64,000 nt of DNA. Source: Octopus sinensis (lineage: Eukaryota). A program made the translations under genes and the position numbers. Shown in pieces: positions 25,615-41,800 of this stretch; the stretch's first letter is position 1; each line of letters starts with the position of its first letter. The DNA lies in contig NC_043004.1 of NCBI RefSeq assembly GCF_006345805.1, positions 32,240,001 to 32,304,000 on the forward strand, given 5' to 3'. Below the pieces are notes generated by a model. That model was given only the letters and a program-made list of their open reading frames with translations. It ran no database searches and was not told the origin of the DNA.

Positions 25615-28465
25615 CTTTACATCTCTGTGAACTGGTTCTTTTATATGTGCTACCATATCTATTTCAGAAAGAACTCAATGAGTTAATGAGTGATACGTCT
25701 ATTCCAACTCTTGCTCCTTCAATACCAGTTTCTACCTCTGATCAACTCCCCGTTTCAAGACCAGCTGTCCACCAACAGACATCCAGTCCATCTCCAGACT
25801 CTGTTACCTTACTAAAAGATCGTATGTCCATGTACACCAGTGCCCTGTCCAATACAGATGAATCAAGTAAGAAAAGAAGGTTGACCAGAGGAATTAAAGT
25901 AAGGAGCAATACATTTGAGAAAGCACCTCCATTTATTGTTGTCATTGTTGCTTAACCCCTTGTTGTTTTCTTGTTCTAACAGGTTTATGATTCTCAGCAT
26001 TCCTGCCTAGACCGTTCTATCTCATATATTAGAGACTACATTGGCCAGTATATGTATGTGTACTTACCTGTTGTATATATATATTATGTATGTATGTTTC
26101 TGTGTGTGTATGTATGTTTACATTGTTTTGGAACAGTGCCAAATACACCAAAAGAAACTGTTTCATTATACAGAGGTTGACTGATAAAGATGAGGGTACC
26201 AAGGAAAAGTAAATGTAAAAGAATTTGAGCTAACTCTGAGAACACTGCAACTTTTAGGGGTGTTCATCATCATCATCATCGTTTAACGTCCGTTCTCCAT
26301 GCTAGCATGGGTTGGACGGTTCGACCGGGGATCTGGGAAGCCAGAAGGCTGCACCAGGCTCCAGTCTTATCTGGCAATGTTTCTACAGCTGGATGCCCTT
26401 CCTAACGCCAACCACTCCGTGAGTGTAGTGGGTGCTTTTTACGTGCCACCTGCACAGGTGCCAGGCGAGGCTGGCAACGGCCATGGTCGGATTGGTGTAT
26501 TTTATGTGCCACCGGCACGGAAGCTAGTCGAGGTGGTGCTGGCATCGGCTACGAGTCGGATAGTGCTTTTTACGTACCACCAGACCAGGGATCCTGGCTG
26601 GTTCAATTCGATTTCGATTTATTGGCATAAAAGATTATAGTGGTGTAAAACTAAAAAGTTACTTCTGTAATGATCCTGTATTTTAAATTGTAAACCACAT
26701 TCTATTATACAGTTTCCAATGATAGTATGAAACTGATGATTATGTTGATAATAAATGTTTGTTTTGTTTTATAGACTTTAGAGGAGTTACTGAAAGATGC
26801 AAAAGCAGGCCGTAAAATATCAGAGGATTCTATCCCACCTCCAGTTTCTGTTCGAAAAAAAGAACCGTCTTCAGTTAAGACTCAAGACCAACCAATTCCT
26901 GTACAAGTTCAGCCACCCTTACCTGAAAGAAGTGTGTTTTTATTTTTGTATTTTGGTCTTCTAATTGTTTTAAACGAAAAAATAATTGTTTATTATTTAC
27001 TACTAAGTACTTGTTCTTGATGTCTATTTAAAGCCAGATTGACATTACATTCTCATTATGGACTGAATAGTTACATAGTACTTATATACTTGTATCATAT
27101 GAGTGGAGACTTATTTGATGGTAACTTCTGCAGAAGCCCTCACATACAGACACACACAGACAAAAAGTTGAAAATATTCCGTTCAAGTTTTGAGATATCA
27201 ACAACATAAAAAATTGGAAATGCACAACCCCTTTTGTATTGTAATTAATCAAATTATTCCAAAGTACAATATTACATACTTGTTTCTCTTCTGACAAGAG
27301 ATAGTCATTGTAATTGTGGGCTAAAAGCCACCTTTACACATGTACATTATAATGATTATCTCCTATTAAAAGTGAAACTAGTATGTAATAATGTACTTTG
27401 GAATAATTTGATTAATTACAATATCAAGAGAATTTGATTTGATTTGATTGATTTTGATTTTTCCAGTTTCAGCTAATGAGCTGTGGCCATGCTGGGGCCA
27501 TGCTGGGGCACCGCCATTTAAATTGTGCATTTTCTTTTCATCACATATGAGTGTGTGTTTTGTGCATTCATTTATGAGTGTCTGTGGTCTGTATATTCAT
27601 TATGTATTGACATTTTGACAACTAGAGCTGAATGAGCTAAGTACCAGATTGAAATAAATATTGAGGTTGATATGACAAACTGAATCCTTGAAGGTAGTGC
27701 CCTGCATTGCTGTACTAAAATGACTGACCTTTGAAAGAATAAATGCATATATAATGGTATTTGTTAATTAATAATACTTTAAACTTTCCAGATAATGTAC
27801 CAAGACAAGAAGAGTCTCCAATTAGATCTGCTGCTCCTGCCCTTCCACCAAGGAATGTAGTTGAGAAGCCTCCTGGTCAACCACCTATTGGAGCTGTCCC
27901 AGTACTTCCACCACTGCCTCCAAAGTCCTCCCATGATACTGCACGCAGTCCAGCACAATCCCCGTCCTCATCATCTTCTTCAATGCCCAGCACTCACAGA
28001 CCCCAACCTCCACAGCAACCAAAACCTGTGAGAGTTGATCAGATGAAGCATCCAATACCAGAATCTTCTGGAGGTCTGTTTCTTTTCTTTGTTTTTTTTT
28101 TTTTTCGTCTGTTGTCATTTTGGTGGGCGTTTTAAAAATATGCATCATCAGTTCTTCATTTTTTTTTCTGTCTTTAATTTTTCACCAGTTACTTGTATGT
28201 AGGTTTAATGATGAGCTGTTGAAAGTCCGAATATACAAATAAGGCTATCCTCTAATGTGCTAACCTAATTTATTATTGCTTTATTTAACAACTAACCTAT
28301 GTTCAATGATGGGAGAAGGAAGCTATGTCTTCTTTGAGGAGTAATTAACAAACCATGAGTCAATAAAATAAATACCAGTTGAGTACTGGGAGCAATGAAA
28401 TCGACTTACTCCCTCCCCAAAAATTGCTGCCTTGTGTTAAAATTTGAAATTATCATCATTACTAC

Positions 28466-28517
<52 letters not shown>

Positions 28518-28992
28518 GAGTGAGAGAGCAGTTCATGCCATCAAAGTGACACTGGGGTAAAATATACGAAGCCCAATATACCCATCATGACTACCCGTCT
28601 GATAAAGGTACACCAGGCACATGCATCACAACCATATGTGCGCGACATGGTGATCTCATATCAAGATAACAGCACATGACCTTGCAGGTGGGGCCCAGTT
28701 TGAATTTTCTTCAGGTTGAGTAGCCCATCCCGCTCAAACGGTCCCCGAATAAGGGTTGTTTAAGGATGTTGAAAGAACCACCCATGTTTCCAGAGGTGAA
28801 CTATTCAAACCCCAAAGCATCCCTCTCAACACATGGCTATGATGCTCCCCCACTACTTCTGCTCGTGATCAGAGATGCACATATCGTCAGCCACTAAGGG
28901 ACATGCTCAACTGGTTAAGGTCAAACAACTGACAAGCAAATCTGTGGTATTGACCAGAATATTTGCTGTAGCCCATCTTTTATACCAAGACA

Positions 28993-29046
<54 letters not shown>

Positions 29047-32000
29047 GCTGGCAGAATCATTATCATGCTGGGCAAAATGCTTAGTGGCATTTTGTCTGTC
29101 CTTACATTCTAAGTTCAAATTGTACTGAGGTCAACTTTGCCTTTCATCCTTTCGGGGTCGATAAATTAAGTACCAGTAAAACACTGGGGTTGATGTAATC
29201 GACTAGTCCCTTCCTCCCAAATTCCAGGCCTTGTGCTTATAGCAGAAAGGATTATTATTATTACTATCATTATACCTGATGTTTATATTTAATTTCAGCA
29301 AATAGTACTCACAATATGCTGTGTGAGCGACGGGATCAATATAAATCTGCTGCTATGGTTGCCAAGAAGTCTGGTGATATATCAACTGCTACGAAATATG
29401 CGCATGTAGCGAAGGTAATTAAATTATTTCCGTGTGCATATGCATACACATACATACACAGTGAAGGTATGTAACCTGGTGATTCAGGTATTTGGCTTGA
29501 TCATATGGTTATGTGTTCAATTCCCAGGTTAAGTGGCTCATTGTATACTGGAACAGCACTTCATTTCATGTCATGCCAGTCTTCTAACTGAAAACGAGGA
29601 CCAGCTGGGTGCTAGTAAAGCCACACCCTCTCTCTCTCTGCAGCTGTTACATCTTGGATGTTCCTCTCACTCAAGGGTGAGGGTTTGTCTATGTCTACTC
29701 ATGACTACACAAGCACCTAGATCAATTAGTAAAAGCATAGTACACGAGTGGCTGTGTGGTAAGTAGCTTGCTAACCAACCACATGGTTCCGGGTTCAGTC
29801 CCACTGTGTGACATCTTGGGCAAGTGTCTTCTGCTATAGCCCTGGGCCGACCAATGCCTTGTGAGTGGATTTGGTAGACGGAAACTGAAAGAAGCCTGTC
29901 GTATATATGTATATATATATATATATGTGTGTGTGTCTGTGTTTGTCCCCCTAGCATTGCTTGACAACCGATGCTGGTGTGTTTACGTCCCTGTCACTTA
30001 GCGGTTTGGCAAAAGAGACCGATAGAATAAGTACTGGGCTTACAAAGAATAATAAGTCCCGGGGTCGATTTGCTCGACTAAAGGCGGTGCTCCAGCATGG
30101 CCGCAGTCAAATGACTGAAACAAGTAAAAGAGAGAGTAAAGAGTATTACTAAGTCATACTTGTTTGTGTATGACAGCTGGCTGCTCTTTTCTTTTTTTTT
30201 TTTTTTTGCATACACACACACACATGTGGGCGCACACATAAAGATTAGAGTGTTGTACTTACTATTATGAAATCATGGTCCTGATTTTCAAACAGGCTAG
30301 TGAGTTGTGTTCTTGAGCAAAACACTTTATTTCATGATACTCTTTGATCACTTCAAAGCTTGGCGCATTGTGCACCTATACAGGCAGTATAGATTGGAGG
30401 GAATGAGGTCCTGTAAAGCACAAGCATTTGCTCACTATCAGCAAATCATCTGTGCAGGTTGTTCAGCAAGAAATTGCAGAATCACCTTTCTGGGACTCAA
30501 AAGACTACCAAGGTGTGTGTAAGAGGGAAAGAGAGAATGTGTATATATTGGGTTGTCTGGAAAGTTTGTGCCGGTTTATAGTAGCTTACCTTTTGACTTA
30601 TTTTAGAACATGGTTGAGTCCATAAAATAAGATTTGACTACACCTCCATTTAGAGCACAGTTTAAGCTATCTTTTCGTGGAAGAAGGTTTATGTTCCTAT
30701 AACCTGTGTTAATTCTGTAACCCTTTAAAATGGAAGATAAGAAAGTTCATTTTTGACCCTTGATGCTTTGGGAACCAGACAAAAATTGCTGCAGCTCGGC
30801 TGGGATGTGTTACCCCACCCACCATATTCACCAGATATTGCTCCTTCGGATTTCCACTTTTATTCAGGTCTCTGCAGAATAGTCTTAATGGTAAGAATTT
30901 CAATTCCTTGGATGACGTAAAAAGATACCTTGATGAATTCTATGCCATGAAACCACCTCATTTCTGGGAAGAGGGTATTTTCAAATGGTTCATATTTGGT
31001 TGATTAAAAATGTAATGGCAAGTATTTATTGACCATTTTCTTACCTTTAAAAATTGGCACAAACTTTCCGGACAACCCAATATTTGTGTCTCTTTGTCTT
31101 GATATCATGTGTAAGTTGTAAATGAGTGTCATTAACATACAGGTAGTGTCATTCATTTCCAATAGTCTGTGAGAACATGTCTGGCCATGGAGAGATATTA
31201 CCTTCCTTGCTTGGAAGTAGATGAAGACTGGCAACAGGAAGTCAATCAGACCTTAGAAAATTTATCTCAATAAATTCTGTCCCACTCAAGCAAGCATGGG
31301 AAAGTAGACATTAAAACGATGATGATAATGATGAGATATGAGTTAAAAGTATATTCATGAGACACAATTTCTCAATGCAGATATATGTAATAAAGTCTTT
31401 GACAAGATACTACAATAGTGGTTTATGAACAAACATGAGAAAAGAAAATGATATCAGTGAAAATTTTAACCTCCTTTGTGTCTTTATTAATGTGAAGACA
31501 AAATACAGTTTAAATCTGTGTAATTCTTTTTTCACTATAGTTATAGACATGTTGAGCCAATTAGCATTTAAATTGGCCATATCTAGTCCAGATATTCCAG
31601 CTGTTTTATGTTCAAACCAGCCAGATCTGGCCTCTCACCCCTACCCTACAATATCATTCTAAAAATATAAAAATCACATCATGAAAATCTCAAAGGTACA
31701 AGATATTGCATAATTAATTCAAAACAATGTGAATAAATAAGCATTACATTTGGCAGAGGAATCTGAATGCTAAAGGGTTAAACAGTTTAAAACCACTTAA
31801 TTTTATTAAATGTGACAATTTGCCCATTCCTTTTCAATACTCATAACCCCTCTCCAAGGAGTGTAGGGCCTGCTCTCTGTCAGGAGAAACACTACTATAG
31901 CATTAGCATAACTTCCAACTACATGCAAAAAATAGTTACGCAGGAAAATAGACATGAATAATGAGTTTTTCTGAAAGTATGCCAAGAGCTTCTGACCTAT

Positions 32001-35000
32001 GTGCAGGTTTCTAGAAATGTGTCAAAGGAATCCTACATGTAAAGGAAACAAGGTAAGAGACTAATTCTACCGATTTCTATCGTATACAGATACACATATA
32101 TATGCACTATGTATTAATTGTTTCTTCTTATATTCCAGCAATTTGAAAACGTTATCAAAGCCCTTGTGGAGAGCAAACCTATCGACCTCTCAAAAATGCC
32201 ACCTCCTCCTCCAGGTTACAAAGGTTTGTAGGACATTTGTTCTCTCTCTCTCCCCTGCTCTGGTTTTTAGATCACTTGACACTTGGCTGTGAATAAGTAC
32301 TGTGAGGAGGAGCAGGTTATCACTTCTGTAAATTGTTGTCATTGTACAGTCCATCTGGCAAGAAGTGGAGGTACAGTCACTTGTAATTATAAGTATGTTA
32401 TGTACTATATGGATCCACAATGATGCCAATTTTAAATTTCATGCTGAGGCACAGGGAGCTAGTTGTAAATCAGGCAACACAAGGCTGTACTGTCCTCTAA
32501 ACATGAGAGCACAACTTGCATGTAAGTTAGTGACTCACAAATATATATGTGTGTTTGTTTTCTTCGTGTTTTCTTCATTTTTGTTTCCTGTTCCAGAGAA
32601 TGCTATCAGATCTGTTGTGTTTGTACCAGATTATATTGTTATAAGAATGTACCACTGGTATTCCTTATTGTTAAGGCTGTGAATACATTCCAGTGCTTTT
32701 TGTAGGACTATGAAAAGCTTTGTAAATAGTTTCGACAACAATATCATGTCTCATAGAAAGGTAGCACCTATGCAGATATTTTTGGATAGCTGATGATGAT
32801 GTGGGTGACACACTGGTATGGCACATATTCTATCATACCATTTAGAGACATCCTTACCTCTCTTATTAATTGAAGGCATACTTTTCGAGGTGAGATGTGA
32901 TATATCTGTCACATGTCCAAGGCAGGCTGCTACTCTTCTCAATATTGTTTGTATCCTCTAGCTTGCTAGTTAGCATAAATTTCTGCTGATCTGCTGAATG
33001 TTTTTCCAAGTTTGTATTTAAGTTAGTTAGTCCAGCTGCCTATTTCTGGACACTCACAATATCTGTTCATGAGTTTTTCACATAATCTCATCATGATAAT
33101 ATTTTCAGTGTTGAGTACACATGGTGTTCCTGTTCTACCCTTTACTGTTCAGTAGATGTTGTCTGACTAATACAACGCAGCACTCAAAAGCTTTTTGAAT
33201 TGACATTGTAGCTCTCCCTGACAGTGTGACTATTAATGCAGCAATTGTATGCATGCATGTGTGTTTTTGTGTTGTATGTACATCTCTCTCTCTCTCTCTG
33301 CCTGCCTGCCCACCCATGTGCATGTGTAGATAAGAAATTTATGACCTTCCCAGTGAGAATCTTGTAATAGCATCATGTTGAAGTTCAGCTGTGAGTAAAT
33401 AAATCAATACCTCCCCCCCTCTCACTGTTTTCTCTCTTTCTCACACCACCATGTATATATGATGAAATCTTACTTCAGTCTTGTTGTTTCTTAAAATGAG
33501 ATATTTTGTGTTTTCATCTTGTTTTCAGGTTCGACACAATTCCAAACTCCCACTAATAATAACATCAGCTCCCAATCTGGCCATGTCAGTCAAGGTAGTT
33601 CTGTCAAAGAAGTTGATTCATCTTCAACAAAGGAAGAAATTCCAAATCTTTCACCAAGTGGTAAAAATCTGTTTGTTATTCATTACTGTTATTGTTATAA
33701 TTATTATATCCCAGGATAGTTAATTAATGTTGTGGGACCTTAGGATGGGTAGTCTGCAGAAAATGAGGAAGACAAAAGTGAAGTATATGTGAGACAAAGA
33801 AGGAAGATTTGAAAGGAATTTTAGTCTTGCAGACTGCATGGTGATCTCACTAATGCTGGTTCTATAAAAAAGCACCCAATACACATTAAGGTGTTTGGTG
33901 TCTGAAAAAGTATCCAGCCATAGGAACCATGCCCAAGCAGACATTAGAGCATGATGCACACTTTGGAGCTATTGGTTCCTGTTGAACTGTTTAACCTATG
34001 CCAGCACGGAACATGGACACCAAATGATGAGGATGATCACAGAGCAATGCATCAAAATACCACAATGCAGATAGCTTGGTGCTGTGCCATTTCTCTCATC
34101 CTACTGCATTTTAAATAGTATTAACAATTCTATTTAGGAACAATCCAGAAATGTGGAGTTGGGATTTAATTTTATTTATCCACCTCTTTTCTTTTTCCTT
34201 AGTTTAGTTTTAAATTTCTAATTTATAAAACAGAAACTTTTCATTAAAATATAGAAATTCATATTTTTTTATTAAGTTTTTAATTTTGCCATGATTTAGC
34301 AATACAACAAATTACTTAAAATGATTTCATGTTATTTCAGCTTTAAAGAAGTTGTACAAGACTCCAGATGCTCCGTCTTCAGTGGAGGATGCTCTTCAAC
34401 AGAGAATGAATAAATATAGAACAGTTGAAGAAGAAGCAAAAAAAAGTGGCAATGGTGGTAAAGCTCGGCGAATGGGGCGTATTGCAAAGGTATTGTTTTA
34501 TATTACTCTCTCTCTTTCTTTCTCTTTTACTCTTTTACTTGTTTCAGTCATTTGACTGCGGCCATGCTGGAGCACCGCCTTTAATCGAGCAAACTCGATC
34601 CCGGGACTTATTCTTTTGTAAGCCCAGTACTTATTCTATCGGTCTCTTTTGCCGAACCGCTAAGTAACGGGGACATAAACACACCAGCATCGGTTGTCAA
34701 GCAATGCTAGGGGGACAAACAGGGACACACACACACTCATATATATATACATATATACGACGGGCTTCTTTCAGTTTCCGTCTACCAAATCCACTCACAA
34801 GGCTTTGGTCGGCCCGAGGCTATAGTAGAAGACACTTGCCCAAAGTGCCACGCAGTGGGACTGAACCCGGAACCATGTGGTTGGTAAACAAGCTACTTAC
34901 CACACAGCCACTCCTGCGCCTGTATTGTATACCTGTTATATGTATTGTTAATGTATTGTTTGGCATGTATGTTTAATTCATGTTACTTTACTTCTCTTAA

Positions 35001-35760
35001 TCACAGGAATATGAAAATGCTATCAAAATGTATAAAGCCGGGAAAACTGTTAATTTTGAGGAGTTACCAACACCTCCAGGTACTTCTTGTTTCACTTTAT
35101 CAGAAATTCTTAATTAAAATTTCCAATTTTAATCTTTTTTTTTTCAATTAATAATTTTTCATAATTAAAAATGTTTTTTTATGATTAAGAATGAGATTCC
35201 TTAATACATAAATGACCTGTAACTATGGAAGGTCCTGTAATATCTTAATAGATTTTTAATGTGTATGTCATGCATTCAACACAGTACCACATGTTTTGAC
35301 TCAAGGTGTATATGTATATTTAGATAAATGTACTCTATATAAAATTTGTCATACAATGCATTGAGCAGAGCAGAGTTTAGTATGTTAAATCTAAAATATG
35401 TGTTGGCACAAGGTATGTATGTATAATTAGATAAATGTAGTATATATCAAACTTGCTTTATCAACAGAGTATATACTATATTAGATGTGAAACCTGTTTA
35501 TCCCATGTGTTGAACCATGTGGTACTCTGTTGAATGCATGACATAACAATAGACAATATCAAAATTATAAACATACACATTAAAAATCTATTAAGATATT
35601 ACAGTTTCTATTCAGGACTTATTAGATGTTAATGTATTATTACATTAATGTGATGTATTTAAACTTGTTATATATCAACAGATATTTACTATGTTAGATC
35701 TAAAATGTTGACACAAGGTATGTGTGTGTGTATGTATGTGTGTGTATGTATGAATGTATA

Positions 35761-35826
<66 letters not shown>

Positions 35827-38800
35827 CATGTATGTATTTATGTATATAATTAGATAAATGTAGTTTACATAAAACTTATATACCACGTAATAACAGAGTT
35901 TAATACTATGTTAGATCTGAAACTAAAATATGTTGACACAAAATATGTATATGTAATAAGATAAATGCAGTTTATGTAAAACTTGTTATATATCATGTAC
36001 TCAACAAATTATATTATATATATACATCTATTGACAGTAATGTGTTAGTTTATAAAATTTTGATTTTTTTGGTTGAAACTTTTTGCTTAGGAAAATTTGT
36101 TTTGGAACAATTCCTCCTTTTAACCATTTTGTTCCCATATTTCTATAGAAATACACTGCCTTTGTTTCAATTAATTTTGAAAATAACGAAGAATTTAGAA
36201 AAAAATAACTGTTTCATTATTAAGCTAGTGTGTGACACACAAATTATCATGAAATTTTGGTAGACGGCTTTAATTTAGAATACTTTAAAAAAGCAAGGTT
36301 GTATCATTGAACCAAGGGCAGTCTCAGGTGGGTTGGTATCAAAAGGGTTAAATATAGCTTGATGAAGTATTTATGGGCACTTTTCAGTTTTCATCAACTT
36401 GAAATTTCAAAACTGGTAATTTAGAAGAAAGAAACTTAAATCTTTTACTTCATATTCATTAAGTATTTCACCTTACAAACTGTAAACTAGGGTAAATTAG
36501 TTTTGCATTATTATGCCTTCCTGATGTTTTCAGCATCAGATTAATTGATGGAATAACAAATACTCTTTCCTGCCACTAATCATTAAAAGGTGTATAAGAT
36601 GGGATGTTTGTTGTTTGATTGACCCTGTTTCTATACACGGTGAAGTCAACTTCAATAGGACTTGAGCTTTATCCCTCTTTAGAGTGACAGAGCTAAATAC
36701 TGTAAGCCTGTTGTGCTATCATTTCTGCTAACCCTCTACCCTAAACCTGTATCTTGGCAACTGACACAGCTATGTGGAGGCCAAATAGAAATGATATTAG
36801 TTTGATCTGTTGGCTGTCTAATGATATGTTGCATTAAAGATGAAGTCTAAGTGAGCTGTGAGTGTGGCTGGACAGCAAAGACCTCAGTTTGATAAATGCA
36901 GGAGATTATATATGTGAGTCTGGATGTGAAAAATACATTATGTGCTGTTGGTGGAAGTACCAGTAGAAAAGGTAGTCATGTTAAGAAATACTGAGGTCAT
37001 ATCCCAAGATCTTGGACCTTACAAAATATGATGAAGGTCTGGAATGTTTGATAATACAGATTTTGATACAGGTTCACCCAAATCATGTCAGCATGGAAAA
37101 ATATACAAATGCACATTAATGTTGTTTACAATAATGATGATGACAATGATGAAATTTATAATAAATTAGAAAGGTGCAGATGTGGCTGTGTGGTTAAGAA
37201 GTTTGCTTCCCAACCACATGGTTTTGGGTTCACTCCCATTGCATGACAGCTCGGGTAAGTGTCCTCTACTATAGTGCTAGGCCAACCAAAGCCTTGTGAG
37301 TGGATTTAGTAGACAAACTGAAAGAAGCCTGTCATATATGTGTATGTATCTGTGAAAATGTGTGTGTGTGTGTACGTTTGTGTCTCCTTGTCTTCAAATT
37401 GCTTGATAGTTGTGTCACCGTCATACAAGCAGTGTCATTAATTTTCAATGTTCAGCATAAACATGTTTAGCCATGGGGAAATATCTTGCTTCTGAATACG
37501 GCAGGGTTGGCAACAGGAAGAGCATCTGGTTGTAGATAATCTCCTTTAAAAAACTCCATCTGACCCATGCAAGCATTGGAAAAGTAGACATTAAAATGAT
37601 GATGATAGAATATGTTGTTTTCCTTTTTTTTAATGTAAATTTTCTTTTCCCATAGGCTTTCCACCAATTCCTGTGAATGATTCAAAACCACCATCGTCAT
37701 CAACTAGTAGTTCGTCTGTCACCTCATCGAATATGAAGCAGGCTCCTATGAAACCACCTGCCCATCCTCCAGTGGCAAAACAACAGCCAGCATCCCAACA
37801 AGAGCTTTCTGAACAAGAAATTCGCAAACGAGCTTGTAAGTATGAAATCTTTATTTCAATAAAATGTAAATATCTGCAATAATCTGAAAATTTTCCATGA
37901 ACAGTGTTTAGCTCCTCTGACTTTTCATCTTTCCTTGAATAAAACACTAGCCTACTGTAGAAAATTTTTCCCAGAGGTTCTGGTTTTTGCTTCTCAACAC
38001 CTAAACTTAGAACAGCTATTCATTATAGACCAATCAATGAAGTATATTTGAACTCACAATCTATTAGTTGGAAATCCAGTAACTGTCCACATGGAATAAG
38101 TCTACTTTTACTAAAGATCTAAATCTTGAGTATAAAGTATGTAAACTCTGTTTTACTTCTGTTTCTGGAGTCTTATCCCCTGAAAGGATAGCAAAGGGAT
38201 TGTAGATGACTACCTCAGAGGTTCTGATTCCTGCTGCTTTCAACAATAATGTAAACTGTAATGGAGAATAATATTTGTGTTCTTCCATGAAATAAAAAAT
38301 CCAGATATGACCATGTGACGGAACCTGTGTGTAGTTACTCAATAAGAATAGCAGTTAAATCTCCTTTAAACTTCCTCCTATCATCTTAAACATAGATGAA
38401 GGTACTGGTAAAATAATATACAGAAAAGAAGACACCATAGTTACAAATAATCCTAAAGTTGATCGTTTAGTCAGTCTCTAGCTTTAAAAAAAAATCTCTT
38501 CTAATTTCAGTTGCTCGAAGAAGTATTTCTTCTAGACAAGAACAACATATTGCCTTTTTGAAGGAACGCATGGCTGAGTACCGCCAGGCAGCAATTCAAG
38601 CTCGAAAGAATCAAAATATGGAACTTGCTAAAGCTTATCTCCGTCAAGTGAAGGTAAATACTGTTTACAGAAGTAGGTGTGGTTATGAAGTTTACTTTGT
38701 AATCATATAGTGGAGGTGCATGGCTTAGTGGTTAGTAGCTATTCCTTACGCTGCTTCATACTGATGTACAGGCACCATTTTTCGTTGCCAGTAACAATTC

Positions 38801-41800
38801 GGTAAAGAAATCGTTGCTTGTGTCCATGAGTTGAGTGGTGATGAGCAAGGAAACCAGTGGAGATTGTGGCTCGTTGATTTTTGTTGTTGTCATTTAAAGC
38901 ATGCGGAACCCGTGCTCCATACTTCTGAACCTTTCCCATCGAGTGAAGATGCTTCTCTATAGCAGTGTGGGAGCATTCCATTTTCTCTGCCTGTTCTCTT
39001 GTTATTTGATGAGAATTTTCGTGCAAAAGTTGGTTTAATCTCTCTTCATCGAACTCAACTGGACAGCCAGGACGAGGTGTGTGTTGGAGGTCAAAATTTC
39101 CATTTTTAACTTGGCACACCAATTAGGAGCGGTTCTTACAGCTATGGCACCCCCTCCATACACAGCACAAATGTCGTGAGCAGCTTCTGTGGCCTTAGAA
39201 CCTTGATTAAAAGCAAAAAGAAGGAGGTGTCGAAAATGCTCGTTTTTCTTAACTTGACATTCCATTTTAATGATCTGAAAATAAACAAAAATTAACTAGA
39301 AAAGAAACAAAATAGATTTCAAAATGATTCAAAAATAGAATTCTCGAAAAAATAGATTCCAGAATTTAAAAACGCAATAAATTCCAAAATTAAAAAAAAC
39401 AGCGGGAACTAAGTTGCCAACCCAATATATGCATATATATATATACATCTATATATCTATATATATGCATTGTTGAAGTTTTGTAGTATACTTATTCCAA
39501 GAAGTAGTTGAGAGCTTCCGTTACCTAAGTGACCAAGTCAGTAGCAGGGGAGGGTGCACTGAAAGTGTAGCTGCTAGAATAAGAATAGCCTGGGCTAAGT
39601 TCAGAGAGCTCTTACCTCTGCTGGTGACAAAGGGCCTCTTGCTCAGAGTAAAAGGTAGACTGTACGACACGTGTATGAACAGCCATGCTACATGGCAGTG
39701 AAACATGGGCCATGACTGCTGAGGACATGTGTAAGCTCGCAAGGAATGAAGCCAGCATGCTCCGATGGATGTGTAATATCAGTGTGCATACTCAACAGAG
39801 TGTTAGTGCCTTGACAGAAAGGTTGGACCCAAGAATAATCAGATGTGTAGTGCAAGAGAGACGATTGTGCTGGTATGGTCATGTGGCAAGAATGGATGTG
39901 AATAGCTGTGTGAAAAGAACACATACTTAAATTTTATGTATCTTCCATGAAAAGTGGATGTATTTGCACTTTCAAAAGGGCTCTGTCCCATGTTATAAAC
40001 CCTATTAGCGGGGGGGGGGGGTTAAATAATATTGTAAGATGGTGAAATTTTGGAAATCGTCTTTATTTAGTACCTAGTAATTATGTTGTTATTTCCATTG
40101 AAATTGGAGGTATTTGAAATTTCAGAGTGGGTGTTTGCCCCCCTTCAACCTCCCTAATTGCAATGGAAAGTAAATTTTGTGTAGCTCATCATCTTTTTTG
40201 TAAAATTTTACATGAGAATATATACTTTGTTTTTATGTATCTTCTATTCCCTTTTGTCCTGTAGATGTAGAGACACTCAGATGTTGAGCTTTATTATATA
40301 GATTAATTAAAACATGAAATGTGTTTCATCATAAATACAGGCACAAGAAGATTAATTAAATTTTCAATTTTTCTTTAGGGATTTGAGCCAATGATCGAAG
40401 CTGCTGAAGGAGGGTTACCAGTTGACCTTTCAAAGGTAAGTGTTCCCATCTTACAATTGGACATCTCAAATATAAGGGTTAAAAAATATTAGTTTCTAAT
40501 GTAAGGCAAGGGAGAGTGTAATTAATTCAAAGTACCCATGTACTTGTCTACTACATATTTTATTAAGCCTGCGATGATGAAAGATTAGGTTGACTGCAGA
40601 GACATAATTAAATGGTGTAACTTTTTTTTTTCTGTTCTCTGTTGTTTCTCATTAGAGTCTTGGGAAACTACCTTGCAGTATCTCTTTCAGTCCTTTACAT
40701 TCTGAGTTCAAATCATATCAAAGTTGACTTTGTCTTTTATCCTTCTGATATTGATAAAATAAAATCACCTGTCAAGTTTTGGGGTTGGTGGCATCTACTA
40801 ACCCTTTTCCTTCAAAAGGTTTGGCCTTGTGCCTAAATTAGAAACAATTATTGTTCTTGTAGTCATGATTATTATTGTTGATATTCAAATTTATGTGTGT
40901 AAATATATTGTATATTTTCTTGTAGGTACCACCTCCATTAATTTCAGATGAAGACAGGGAGCAAAAATTTGTGTTTGTAAATCCTGAAGATTGTACTTTG
41001 TCTGGAGATCGTGAGGAAGTTTTTAAGAAATTAAGAGATAGTCTTGTTTCTCAAATTCAAGTGAGTTTTTTTCTTTTCCCATTTCCCAGATTTTTTTTTT
41101 TTTTTAATTCCTGAAGTAGTTTCAGGACGACATTTAAGAAAATATATGCTCCTACCTCCAAGTCAGAACATTTGCTGATTCTTTATAAAGTAGAGGCCTT
41201 TTGTAGATTTTCTTGTGCCTATCTTCTCCACAGTAACATCATTTAATATACTGCTGTCCTTTAACCCTTTTGGTTCCAAACTGCCCATGACCACCCCTGG
41301 TTTGCTGATACAAACTTTCTGTTTTAAAATGATCTAAATCAAAATCTTCCTTCAAAATTTTATGCTAATTTTACGTTCCAAACAACAGCTTAATAATAAC
41401 AAACTTCATCATCATCATTTTAACATCCACTTTTCCATGCTTGCATGGGTTGGATGGAGTTTATCGAGACAGTTTTTCCATGACTAGATGCCCTTCCTCT
41501 CACCAACCCTTACTTGTTTCTGAGCAAGTTGATATTTCATCATTGTCGGATTGGTTTTCACATAACATTGGAAATGAATGACAATCATTTTGCAACTCTC
41601 ATGTGATGTCAAGACAAGGAGACACACACATACTGTGTGCATGTATGAACGATAGGCTTCTTTTTGATTCCATCTACTAAATCCATTTACAAGGCTTTTG
41701 GTTGGTCTGGAATTATATTAGAGGAACTTGCCCAAAGTGCCATGCAGTGAGACTGAACTCAGAACGATATTCATTTTACTAAAATCTATATCATTTTCAA

